64,000 nucleotides of DNA, taken from an uncultured Fimbriimonadaceae bacterium. GTDB taxonomy: Bacteria > Armatimonadota > UBA10988. The stretch spans positions 4,888 to 68,887 of the forward strand of contig CAZHGD010000011.1 in NCBI GenBank assembly GCA_964531735.1. Reading direction: 5' to 3'. The notes under the pieces were generated by a model that did no database searches, was not told the origin of the DNA, and was given only the letters and a program-made list of their open reading frames with translations. Positions 19,028-27,921 of the stretch are shown piece after piece; the first letter of the stretch is position 1; each line of letters begins with the position of its first letter. A program made the translations under genes and the position numbers.

Positions 19028-22000
19028 ATGCGTGTGGCGGCTATCCTGTGGGCCTGCCTGGCGGTGCTTCCCGCCGGTGCGGGCAACCTGTTGCGCAACC
19101 CGAGCTTCGAGGAGGCCGACGCGCACGGCCTGCCGGCGCAATGGGCTTGGCGCCCCGGCGCGGCCAACGGGACGCTCGCCTTGGACGACACCGTCGCCCG
19201 GAGCGGGCACCGCTCGGTGCGCATTGCCAACCCGACGCCGCTACGCCCGCATGTCTACGCGATGCTGTTCCAGCGCGCGCGGGTCAAGCCGGGCGAGACC
19301 TACACACTCTCGGCCTACGTCCGCGGCGCGCAGCCCGGTCAGGCCTGGATCGGTGGCGGGCACGAGTGGCGAGTGCGCCTGGCCGTGCCCGCCGGGCCGG
19401 ACTGGCAGCGCGTCGCCATCACCTTCACCACCGGGCCACAGGAGCGCGAGTGGGAGGTGGGCATCCATTCGGACAGCACCTCGCCGGGCTTCTGGGTGGA
19501 CGACGTGCAACTGGTGCCCGGCGGCGAGCCGCAGCCGTTCGAACTGCCGCAGCCGGCGCCGGCCGGCGCGCTGACGGTGGCGCTGGAGGCGGCGCAAGGG
19601 GCCAACCTGCTGCCCAATGCCTCGTTCGAGCGCCTCGCCCAGGGCGCCCCGGCGAGTTGGGTGTGGGACCCGCGCAACACCGATGCCAAGCTGGCCATCG
19701 TCGAGCCGGGTCACTTCGGCCAGCGCTGCGTCAAGATCACCAACGGCACCGCGTTCGGCCCGCACATCTACGGCCAACTCCGCCTGGCCGAGCCACTGAA
19801 GGTGGCGCCGAAGACGCGCTACACGCTGTCGTTCTACTGCCGCAGCGATGGTTCGCCGGGCCACGCCTGGGTCGGCGGGGCCACGGACTGGCGGGTGCGC
19901 GCGCGGGTGCCGGGCACCAACGGCGCCTGGCAGCGGGTGTCCACCACGTTTGTCACTCGCGAGAACGAGACCAGCATTCCGCTGATGATCAACACGGACA
20001 GCCCGACGGCCGGCTTCCTGATCGACGATGTGCAGTTGGAGGAGGGCGGTCTGGCGACACCGTTCGACGCGCCGGACACGTCGCTGCCGGCCCAACTGGC
20101 CGTGGAGAACGTGCCCGAGGACGATGCCGACATGCCACCGTGGAAGCCGGAGTTGTACCCCACGGCGCGGTGGTGCTTCGCCCGGCGCGAGATCGTCTGG
20201 GACGGCGCCTTGACGCTGCCGGAGCCGCTGGCGAAGGGCCGCGTCGAGGTCACCTTGAGCGCCGGCGGCCGGTCACTGGCGCAAGGCCAGGCCAGCCTGG
20301 ACGGGTCGCTGCCGAAGCGTGCCCGGCTGACCATTCGCTACGGCCTGACCGGCCAGCCACCCGAGCAGGCGCGGCTGGAGGCCGCGGTGGTGGCCGCGGA
20401 CGGCCGGCGCCTGGCCACCGCCACGGCTGACCTGGAGGTGCGCACGGCGGCGATGGTGGCCGCGCTGCTGCAGGCACTGGAGCCGCGGCTGGCCGCGCTG
20501 GCGGCCAAGGCCGCCGCCGACGACTACCAGCGCGTGACGGTGACCGTGCTGCGCAACTTCATCCGGTTCACGCGCGACGACCTGGCGCACGGCGCGGTGA
20601 ACCGCGCGTATGACACGGCCCGCGAGCTGATGATGCTGGCCGACCGCGCCGAGCAGGCCAAGCCACGTCCGCGCGCGCCGCGCTATGTCACCTCGCCGTT
20701 GACCATCGCCGGTCCGACCTTCGTGGGCACGGCCCAACTGCCCGACGGCTCGCGCGAGCAGCGCCCGATCTGGTTCAACGGCTACGGCCACTTCGGCTCG
20801 GTGGTGCGCGATCTGGAGCAGTGGCCCGACTACGGTCACAACCTGATCCAGGTCGAGTTCGGACCCGACAGCGTGTTGCCGGCCGAAGGTCAGGTCTCCA
20901 CGGCCGCCATCGACAGCTTCCTGAAGCTGTGCGACCGGGCCGCCAAGGCCAATGTGCAGGTCAACCTGCTGCTCTCGCCGCACTACTTCCCCGAGTGGGC
21001 GCTACGGAAGTGGCCGTACCTGAAGGACTTCGACGGCGGCTTCTTCCGGTATAGCGTCTACGCGCCCGAAGCGCGGACGGTCATCGAGCGGTCGCTGCGC
21101 GAGGTGATCCCGCGCCTCAAGGACCATCCGGCGCTGCACAGTGTCTGCTTGTCCAACGAGCCGTTGAGCCTCGACCTGTCGCGCTGCCGTTACGCGGCGC
21201 GGCTGTGGCGCCAATGGTTGCAGCAACGGTACCAGACGGTTGAGGCCGTCAACGCGCGGTGGGGCACGCGGCATGCCAGCTTCGACGCCATTGCGGTGCC
21301 GCCGCCGCAGCTCGAAGCGACCGCGCTCAACTACGACTTCACGCTGTTCAACCAGGAGGCCTTCGCGCAGTTCCACGCCTGGATGGCCAACATCGTCCGC
21401 TCGCTGGCGCCCAACCTGCCGGTGCACGCGAAGATCATGATGAGCGCGCACTTCCAGCGGAGTCTGCACGGCGACTGGTGCATCGCGCCCGAGCTGTTCA
21501 GCCGGCTCAGCTCGATCAACGGCAACGATTGTTGCAAGTGGCCACGCGCCGACGGCTGGGCGTGCAACTGGGTCGGCGAGAACATGGGCTACGACTACCA
21601 GCGCTCGGCGGCCGATCGGCCCGTGTTCAACTCCGAGAACCACCTGATCATGGACCGCGATGTCAGCGACGTCTCGCCCGAGTACATCCAGAACGTCTAC
21701 TGGCAGGGGGCCATCCACGGCCAGGGCGCCACGACGACCTGGGTCTGGGAGCGGACCTACGAGGCGGAGTCGGACTTCGCCGGGAGCCTGATGCACCGGC
21801 CGAAGTGCGTCGAGGCCAACGGCTGGACGACGTTGGATCTGAACCGGGCGGCGCGCGAGGTGGCCGCCATCGCCGCCGAGCCGTTCCGCATCGCCGTTCT
21901 CTGGTCGCAGGCGACCTCGGTGTTCCGGGGTTCGGCGCACGGCGGCGATGTGGCCCGGGCCTACGCGGCGGCCAACTTCCTCGACCAGCCGGTCGGGTTC

Positions 22001-22519
22001 ATCAACGAACGGGACTGCGAGGACTACCTCGCGGGGCGCCCGAATCGGGCCTTCGCCCTGGCCAAGGTGCTGCTGGTGCCGCAGGTGACGCACGCGCCGC
22101 GCGAGACCGTGGCGGCGCTCAAGCGGTTCCAGGCGGCCGGTGGACGCGTGATCTGGCTCGGAGACTGTTTGACACACGATGAGACGGGGAAGAGGATCGC
22201 CGTTGAAGCGACAGCCGCCACGTGGCCCAGGCCGACCGACGAGGACGGCGGGCGGCGGCTCTGGTCGCGCCTGCGCACGGAGTTGGCGACGGCGGTGCCG
22301 GCGCTGGTCGATATCGGCTGCTACGGGGTCGAGGCGCGTTCGGCGGCGTTTGGCGGCGGGCGCGTCCTCAACCTGTGCAACTACCTGCCGCAGGCGGTGA
22401 CGGTGACGATACCGGTCGGGTGCCGCGACCTGCTGACCGGCGAGCTGATGCCGCCGCAGTTGGTGCTCCCCCCGTTGGTCCCGCGACTGGTGACGACGGA
22501 ACCGCCGGCGAAGCGCTAG
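19028..22519 (+). CDS. Large secreted glycoside hydrolase: 2 CBM4/9-like modules + GH42-like catalytic domain
   Basis: Signal peptide; NLLRNPSFE and NLLPNASFE repeats; LSPHYFPEW, LSNEP, FNSENH; GH42-like trimerisation tail. Confidence 0.75.
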   Translation: MRVAAILWACLAVLPAGAGNLLRNPSFEEADAHGLPAQWAWRPGAANGTLALDDTVARSGHRSVRIANPTPLRPHVYAMLFQRARVKPGETYTLSAYVRGAQPGQAWIGGGHEWRVRLAVPAGPDWQRVAITFTTGPQEREWEVGIHSDSTSPGFWVDDVQLVPGGEPQPFELPQPAPAGALTVALEAAQGANLLPNASFERLAQGAPASWVWDPRNTDAKLAIVEPGHFGQRCVKITNGTAFGPHIYGQLRLAEPLKVAPKTRYTLSFYCRSDGSPGHAWVGGATDWRVRARVPGTNGAWQRVSTTFVTRENETSIPLMINTDSPTAGFLIDDVQLEEGGLATPFDAPDTSLPAQLAVENVPEDDADMPPWKPELYPTARWCFARREIVWDGALTLPEPLAKGRVEVTLSAGGRSLAQGQASLDGSLPKRARLTIRYGLTGQPPEQARLEAAVVAADGRRLATATADLEVRTAAMVAALLQALEPRLAALAAKAAADDYQRVTVTVLRNFIRFTRDDLAHGAVNRAYDTARELMMLADRAEQAKPRPRAPRYVTSPLTIAGPTFVGTAQLPDGSREQRPIWFNGYGHFGSVVRDLEQWPDYGHNLIQVEFGPDSVLPAEGQVSTAAIDSFLKLCDRAAKANVQVNLLLSPHYFPEWALRKWPYLKDFDGGFFRYSVYAPEARTVIERSLREVIPRLKDHPALHSVCLSNEPLSLDLSRCRYAARLWRQWLQQRYQTVEAVNARWGTRHASFDAIAVPPPQLEATALNYDFTLFNQEAFAQFHAWMANIVRSLAPNLPVHAKIMMSAHFQRSLHGDWCIAPELFSRLSSINGNDCCKWPRADGWACNWVGENMGYDYQRSAADRPVFNSENHLIMDRDVSDVSPEYIQNVYWQGAIHGQGATTTWVWERTYEAESDFAGSLMHRPKCVEANGWTTLDLNRAAREVAAIAAEPFRIAVLWSQATSVFRGSAHGGDVARAYAAANFLDQPVGFINERDCEDYLAGRPNRAFALAKVLLVPQVTHAPRETVAALKRFQAAGGRVIWLGDCLTHDETGKRIAVEATAATWPRPTDEDGGRRLWSRLRTELATAVPALVDIGCYGVEARSAAFGGGRVLNLCNYLPQAVTVTIPVGCRDLLTGELMPPQLVLPPLVPRLVTTEPPAKR

Positions 22520-22727
22520 CGTCGGAGCCGTAGCCAGGCGACCAGCCCGGCGAGTCGGCGTGCCCGGCGGGCCTGTCGGCACGGACCGCGCGGCCGGAAA
22601 ACCGCTGGAAGGAATCCCGGCCAGCGGCGTCTAATGGTAAACCGCGGCGCCCCGCGGACGCGGCGCTAGTGGACTCCGGTCGTGGAGTCGGTTTGTCGGC
22701 TGGGGCGGGGCAGTAGGAGGAGACGAC

Positions 22728-23912
22728 ATGGCGATGAGTGGCGGCAGCCGGTGGCTGCGCATGCTCGCAGTAGCCGGCGCACTGGCGGCCCTGGGCGCGC
22801 TGCTGCCGGGCTGCGGCAGTTCTGGCGGGTGGGATGCGACCAAAGGTCAGGTCACGGTGACGTTGCCGGCCGATGCGGCGGCTGCCGGGGCCAGGTGGAT
22901 GATCGACAACGATCCTACGCCGCATGCCTCGGGCGAGACGGTGGGCAACCTGGAGCTCGGGAACCACACCATCCGGTACACCTCAGTGCCCGGCTTCAAC
23001 GCTCCGGCCGACGCGGTGGTGCCGGTGAACACGGCGGGGACGCCGACACCGGTCACGGTGACCTACACGGCGTGGGACACCACCAAGGGCAGCGTGACGG
23101 TCACGATTCTGCCGGCTGACGCGGTGACCAAGGGCGCCAAGTGGACCCTGGACGCCGAGACGCAGCAGCGGACCTCGGGCGAGTCGGTGGGCAACCTGAC
23201 CGTGGGCAACCACACCGTGAAGTTCACGGCCGTCACCGGTTATGCGACGCCGGCGGACCAGACCGTGGCGGTGGTGGCCGGCCAGACGGCCACCGTCAGC
23301 GTGACCTATGGCGATGCGTCGGCTGGTCCGGGCTCGATCAAGGTGACGATCACCCCGAGCGCGGCGGCGGCGGGTGCGAAGTGGACCTATGACAGCGATA
23401 CCACGCAGCACTCCAGCGGCGAGACGGTCACCAACGTGCCGGCCGGTGCGCACACCGTGAAGTTCACGGACGTGGCCGGCTTCACCAAGCCTGCGGATCA
23501 GGCCGTGACGGTGACCGGCGGCCAGACGGCCGAAGTGACCGGTGCGTACACGCAGCCGGGCAGCGGTCCGGCGATCGCCCGCTTCAGCACGGGCAACTAC
23601 ACGGCAGGCACGGCCTTCCAGGTGACCATCGTCATCACGGCGGCCATCGGCGCCCAGGGCTGGGCGGCGGAGGACAAGGTCCCGACCGGTTGGACCGCGG
23701 CCAACGTCAGCGGTGGCGGTACCTGGGATGCGGTCAACGGCAAGATGAAGTGGGTCTCGACCGACACCATCGACGCCAGCAACCAGACCAAGACCGTCGT
23801 CTACTCGGTGACGCCGCCGGCCGGCGCGACGGGCACGGCGACGTTTGTCGGCACGTACTCGTCGGGTGGCACCCCCGTTGCCATCACCGGCGACCGCGTG
23901 ATCGCTCCGTAA
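22728..23912 (+). CDS. Lipoprotein: 3 Ig/PEGA-like repeats + C-terminal cohesin-like beta domain
   Basis: Lipobox LLPGC; three ~81-aa repeats (GA.W..D...SGE.V..L..G.HT..F..V.G...PAD); AGGAGG RBS. Confidence 0.85.
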   Translation: MAMSGGSRWLRMLAVAGALAALGALLPGCGSSGGWDATKGQVTVTLPADAAAAGARWMIDNDPTPHASGETVGNLELGNHTIRYTSVPGFNAPADAVVPVNTAGTPTPVTVTYTAWDTTKGSVTVTILPADAVTKGAKWTLDAETQQRTSGESVGNLTVGNHTVKFTAVTGYATPADQTVAVVAGQTATVSVTYGDASAGPGSIKVTITPSAAAAGAKWTYDSDTTQHSSGETVTNVPAGAHTVKFTDVAGFTKPADQAVTVTGGQTAEVTGAYTQPGSGPAIARFSTGNYTAGTAFQVTIVITAAIGAQGWAAEDKVPTGWTAANVSGGGTWDAVNGKMKWVSTDTIDASNQTKTVVYSVTPPAGATGTATFVGTYSSGGTPVAITGDRVIAP

Positions 23913-23920
23913 GCACATCC

Positions 23921-23962
23921 GGCTGCGGACGGGCGGCCATTGCCGACCGCCCGTCCGCAGCC
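23921..23962 (+). terminator. Perfect 16-bp GC stem-loop after gene 22728-23912
   Basis: GGCTGCGGACGGGCGG-10nt-CCGCCCGTCCGCAGCC; no U-tract, so it may be a stabiliser rather than a terminator. Confidence 0.7.
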
Positions 23963-24039
23963 GTCACTGAACAACTCAGCAGGGGCCGTGTTCGGCCAAG
24001 CACGCCGGCCAGACCGCGGCCACCGCGAAGGAGATACGG

Positions 24040-24975
24040 ATGAAGTCAGGGATTCGCTGGTGGCGAATCGGCTTCGCGGCGGCTTGTCTGACGGCAGTAA
24101 CCGGGTGTGGCGGCTCGCATGGCAACGCCAGCAGCACCGCCACGCGAACGCGGCAGACCTCGTCGTACGGCGTGCGCACGCTGCCGGCTGGCTACACACC
24201 CGGCGGTACCGTCCAGATCACGATTGCCGTGACGCCGCCCTCGGGTGCGGTGGCCTATGCCGTGGAGGACACGGTGCCGTCCGGTTGGACCCTCGCGACC
24301 GCCGACAACAGCGGTGCGTATGAGAGTGCCAACAGCAAGGTCAAGTGGGCCTTCATGGACGGCAACGCCCGCACCTTGCACTACACTCTGAACATTCCGT
24401 CGTCGGCTAGCGGAGACCAGACCTTGGCCGGCGTCGTCTCGCTCAGCGGCCAGAGCACTGCCATTGGCGGTGACACGGTGCTGAAGTCATCCGGCGCCGC
24501 CCATCCGGCCGACACGAATGGCGACTCGACTATCTCGATCAACGAGATGACGACCTACATCACGGGCTGGAAGTCGGGTCAGTCCGACAGCATCGACCTC
24601 GTCACCAATGCCATTGCCTTGTGGAAGAACGGTGAGTGGTACCACTACGACGCCACCGTGAACCCGCCCTATGTGACCGGCGCGCCGGCGGGCCGCGGGC
24701 CCGGCTCGCTGGTGGTGACCATCGCCCCCGCCGAGGTCCTGGCGGCCGGCGCCAGGTGGCTGCTGGACAACGACACCACCGAGCACCCGAGCGGCGAGAC
24801 CATCAGCAGCCTGCCGTCGGGCACGCATACGGTCAAGTTCACGACGGTGTCGGGCTACCTGACGCCGTCGACGCAGAGCGTCACCGTGAACGTCGGGCAG
24901 TTGACGGCCCTGACCGGTACCTACATGACCCTCTCGACGATCAGCCCGCCGCCGCCACCGTCATTCCGACGCTGA
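24040..24975 (+). CDS. Lipoprotein: cohesin-like domain + EF-hand/dockerin-like module + Ig/PEGA-like repeat
   Basis: Lipobox VTGC; YAVEDTVPSGW..KVKWAF; DTNGDSTISINE; GARWLLDND..SGETI..GTHTVKF. AAGGAG RBS. Confidence 0.85.
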   Translation: MKSGIRWWRIGFAAACLTAVTGCGGSHGNASSTATRTRQTSSYGVRTLPAGYTPGGTVQITIAVTPPSGAVAYAVEDTVPSGWTLATADNSGAYESANSKVKWAFMDGNARTLHYTLNIPSSASGDQTLAGVVSLSGQSTAIGGDTVLKSSGAAHPADTNGDSTISINEMTTYITGWKSGQSDSIDLVTNAIALWKNGEWYHYDATVNPPYVTGAPAGRGPGSLVVTIAPAEVLAAGARWLLDNDTTEHPSGETISSLPSGTHTVKFTTVSGYLTPSTQSVTVNVGQLTALTGTYMTLSTISPPPPPSFRR

Positions 24976-24996
24976 GGCTGACGACTCCGACTTCCT

Positions 24997-25034
24997 GAGA
25001 GCGCCCACCGCCGCCGGCGGCGGGCGCTCTCGTT
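24997..25034 (+). terminator. Stem-loop after gene 24040-24975
   Basis: GAGAGCGCCC..GGGCGCTCTC followed by GTTT. Confidence 0.6.
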
Positions 25035-25249
25035 TGGGCGCGGCGCCGCTCGCCAACGCCGGGCCGGGTTGGCGAGCGACCTGTTGCGGCCACCTGAACA
25101 CCGCCTTAACGCCACCGCCACCGGCACGGAACGTGCCGGCGTGGGTGGGCGTCGGACCGACGGTTCGTCGCCGTCTGCGGTCGGCGCCCGGCGCGTCGCC
25201 GGCCACCGCGACGGCCAAGCAGCGGCGGGCGTTGGGCCAGGAGCTACCG

Positions 25250-27151
25250 ATGCGTGCATCGTCGTGGTGGGTGGTTTTCGGTCTCTGCGCGAGCCTGGCG
25301 GTCTTGCTGCCCGGCTGCGGTGGTGCGGGACACGGTGGGGCCGCGGTGGCCACCCGCGTCGCCGGCCCGAGTGCACCGCCTGTCCGAGCCGTCGCCAACT
25401 CGCACCAGGCCGACCAGAACGCTGACGGCAGCATCTCCATCGACGAGCTGACCGCCTACATCCAAGCCTGGAAGACGGGCCAGTACGACAACATCGACCT
25501 GGTCACCAATGCCATCGGCCTCTGGAAGACCGGCGAGAGCTACCACTACGATGCCGCGGTGACGCCGCACTACGTGAGTGGCCCGCTGGCCGGGGCGGGT
25601 TCGGTGCAGGTCACCATCAGCCCGGCGGAGGCAGTCACGGCCGGCGCCAAGTGGACCCTGGACAGTGGCACCACGCCCTACAGCAGTGGCGACACCGTCA
25701 CCAGCGTGTCGGCCGGCAACCATACGGTCAAGTTCACGACCGTCACCGGCTGGACTACACCAGCCGACCAGACGGCTTCGGTGACGGCCGGCCAGACCAC
25801 CGGCATCGCGGGCACCTACACGCTGCAAGCCAATGCCACCGGTGCCACACTGGCCACGCAGACCGAACTGGACAACGAGCCGGGTGACCTGGTCACCTTC
25901 GCCGCGGCCAACGGTTCGACACTGCCGTCGAAGGCCGACGCCGATGCGCGTTACCTGCCGCCCGTGGGCAACCAGAACCCGCTGGGCACCTGCGTGGGCT
26001 GGGGCACGGGCTACGGTGGCCTGACCTACCTCGCCGCCAAGGCCGGAAGCTGGTTGGCCAACACCAGTGACCATGAGGCCAGCGCGTGCTGGCTCTACGG
26101 CGCTGCGAAGCAGGTGGAGGGCTACTCGACGCTGAGCGCAGCGGACTGGCGGGCCGGCACCCAGCCGCGGACAGCGTGCAATGTGGCGGTGACCAAAGGT
26201 TGCGCCACCATGGCGCGTGTGCCGTACACCAACAACCCGCCGATCCCCACCGACCTGAGCAGCTTCCTCAGCCAAGGGCTCGACAGCAACGCGGCGATCT
26301 TCAGGATCGCCAGTCACGAGAAGATCGACGTGCGCAACCGGCCCGCGGTGAAGCAGGCGCTCGCCGACGGCAACGTGCTGGTCATCGGCGTCCCGGCCGA
26401 CGCCGGCTTGCAGACCTACCGCAGTGGCGTCTATCGCTACCAGGGGCCGGCCCAGGGCGGCCACTGCATGTTGTTGGTCGGCTACGACGACGCCAAGTCG
26501 GCTTACCACATCATGAACAGTTGGGGCACCAACTGGGGTGAGAGCGGCTACATGTGGTGGGACTACACCACCTTCGAGAGCGCCACCCTCGGCGGCGTCA
26601 GCCCGATCGAGGTCCGGCGCATGGTGTCGACGGGCTCCACGCCGACGCCGACGCCGACGCCCACGCCGACCACCCAGCCCACCGTCCAGGTGACGGGTCG
26701 CCAGGTGTACAACTGGTACTGGGACTACCAGTCGTACCGTTGGTGGCTGGTCATCTACCTGGTCTTCGACTACCAGTACTCGCAAGCCGTGGTGCTGCAG
26801 AGCGCGCAGATCACCTCGCCGATCGCGTCGCCGGTGCAGCCGATCAACAAGACCGGCTCGGCTGGTTCGGTCTACTGGTGGAAAGCCTATGACAACGTCT
26901 ACCAGGCGCAGTGGTACAGCGCGGGCACCTATCGCCTGGTGATGAAGGCCCAGGCTCAGGACGGCACCAGCTATACCTACACCAACGATGTCTATGTGGC
27001 GATTCCCACCGGCCGCCAACGGGTCTCGCGAGGCGGTCGGGAGATGGCCGTTCCCGAGAGCGCTCGAGGCATCGGTGCGGCGGCGTTGGGCGCCGACGTG
27101 CCGACGTTCGACGGGGCCGGACGGCGCGCGCGGTTCGTGAACCCGAACTGA
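25250..27151 (+). CDS. Lipoprotein: EF-hand/dockerin-like module + Ig repeat + C1 papain-like cysteine protease + PT linker + aromatic-rich C-terminal domain
   Basis: Lipobox LLPGC; DQNADGSISIDE; NQNPLGTCVGW, GGHCMLLVGY, MNSWGTNWGESGY; CAGGAG RBS. Confidence 0.88.
   Translation: MRASSWWVVFGLCASLAVLLPGCGGAGHGGAAVATRVAGPSAPPVRAVANSHQADQNADGSISIDELTAYIQAWKTGQYDNIDLVTNAIGLWKTGESYHYDAAVTPHYVSGPLAGAGSVQVTISPAEAVTAGAKWTLDSGTTPYSSGDTVTSVSAGNHTVKFTTVTGWTTPADQTASVTAGQTTGIAGTYTLQANATGATLATQTELDNEPGDLVTFAAANGSTLPSKADADARYLPPVGNQNPLGTCVGWGTGYGGLTYLAAKAGSWLANTSDHEASACWLYGAAKQVEGYSTLSAADWRAGTQPRTACNVAVTKGCATMARVPYTNNPPIPTDLSSFLSQGLDSNAAIFRIASHEKIDVRNRPAVKQALADGNVLVIGVPADAGLQTYRSGVYRYQGPAQGGHCMLLVGYDDAKSAYHIMNSWGTNWGESGYMWWDYTTFESATLGGVSPIEVRRMVSTGSTPTPTPTPTPTTQPTVQVTGRQVYNWYWDYQSYRWWLVIYLVFDYQYSQAVVLQSAQITSPIASPVQPINKTGSAGSVYWWKAYDNVYQAQWYSAGTYRLVMKAQAQDGTSYTYTNDVYVAIPTGRQRVSRGGREMAVPESARGIGAAALGADVPTFDGAGRRARFVNPN
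26639..26668 (+). repeat. (ACGCCG)x5 hexamer repeat encoding a Pro-Thr linker
   Basis: acgccg acgccg acgccg acgccc acgccg, translated TPTPTPTPTP. Confidence 0.85.
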
Positions 27152-27168
27152 GTGCCCCGACCGGTGGC

Positions 27169-27197
27169 GCGGCCTCGGGCTCTCTGCTCGAGGCCGC
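27169..27197 (+). terminator. Stem-loop after the protease gene
   Basis: GCGGCCTCGGGC-TCTCT-GCTCGAGGCCGC. Confidence 0.6.
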
Positions 27198-27255
27198 TGG
27201 CAGCTTGGCCTGGACGGACGCGTTGGGGAGTGTGCCCGGCGGCACGCGGCTGCCC

Positions 27256-27285
27256 TTGACGAGGCGTGACTCGGTCGTCTAGAGT
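27256..27285 (+). promoter_or_regulatory. TTGACG-N18-TAGAGT promoter overlapping two GANTC sites
   Basis: GACTC at 27268-27272 and GAGTC at 27282-27286; 48 nt upstream of ATG 27334. Confidence 0.55.
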
Positions 27286-27333
27286 CGCCGAACAGGGCGG
27301 AGCGATGCTGGGGCGGGTCGTCAAGGAGATAGC

Positions 27334-27792
27334 ATGATGCGACGTGAGGTAACCGGCACTACCGTCCGGATCGGGCGCTGGTTGTGGGTGACCGGCGTGG
27401 TTGCGGCGGTGGCCTTGGGCTGCGGCTGGAGCAGCCAGGCCCGCGCGGCCGGCAGCGGCAGCGCGGCAGTCAGCAAGTTCAGCGTGGCGAGCTACACCGC
27501 GGGCAAGGCCTTCACGGTGACCATCACGGTGACGCCGGCGGCCGGCGCGAGCGGCTATGCGCTGGAAGACAAGCCGCCGGCGGGCTGGTCGGTGGCGAGC
27601 ATCACCGAAGGCGGCTCGTGGGACAAGGTGAATGCCAAGGTGAAGTGGGCGTTCCTCGATGGCACAGGCCGCACGCTGAGCTACCAGGTCACGCCACCAG
27701 CAGGGGCTGGCGGCAAGCAGACGTTTGCCGGCACGTACTCGTCCGGTGGTCGGAGCCAGGCTGTGGCCGGCGACCGCCAGATCGCGCCGTAG
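27334..27792 (+). CDS. Exported stand-alone cohesin-like beta domain protein
   Basis: Signal peptide (ARA or ALGC); domain homologous to the C-terminus of 22728-23912 (ends GDRQIAP vs GDRVIAP). AAGGAG RBS. Confidence 0.85.
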   Translation: MMRREVTGTTVRIGRWLWVTGVVAAVALGCGWSSQARAAGSGSAAVSKFSVASYTAGKAFTVTITVTPAAGASGYALEDKPPAGWSVASITEGGSWDKVNAKVKWAFLDGTGRTLSYQVTPPAGAGGKQTFAGTYSSGGRSQAVAGDRQIAP

Positions 27793-27881
27793 CCCGATGG
27801 CCGGCAGTGGCGGTCGCGAACCGGCACTGCGCTGGAGAGGGCCGCCACGCTCGCAGCAGGGCGCCGCGGCCGCCCGCGGCG

Positions 27882-27912
27882 GGCGCCGGCCAACCGTTGC
27901 TTGGCCGGCGCC
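27882..27912. terminator. 12-bp stem-loop between the convergent cluster and recO
   Basis: GGCGCCGGCCAA-CCGTTGC-TTGGCCGGCGCC. Confidence 0.6.
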
Positions 27913-27921
27913 GAGGCCCGG

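Noticed and set aside
22590-22630. CCGCTGG-AAGGAATCCCGG-CCAGCGG hairpin, reminiscent of SRP RNA GGAAGGAA
   Set aside because: Lacks the rest of the SRP domain IV consensus; a single hairpin only.
22830-23570. DNA-level tandem repeats as a possible CRISPR array or DGR template/variable repeat pair
   Set aside because: They are in-frame ~243-bp protein domain repeats with synonymous divergence; no spacers, cas genes or reverse transcriptase.
26639-26668. Hexamer repeat as a phase-variation locus
   Set aside because: The unit is a multiple of 3 and encodes an ordinary Pro-Thr linker.
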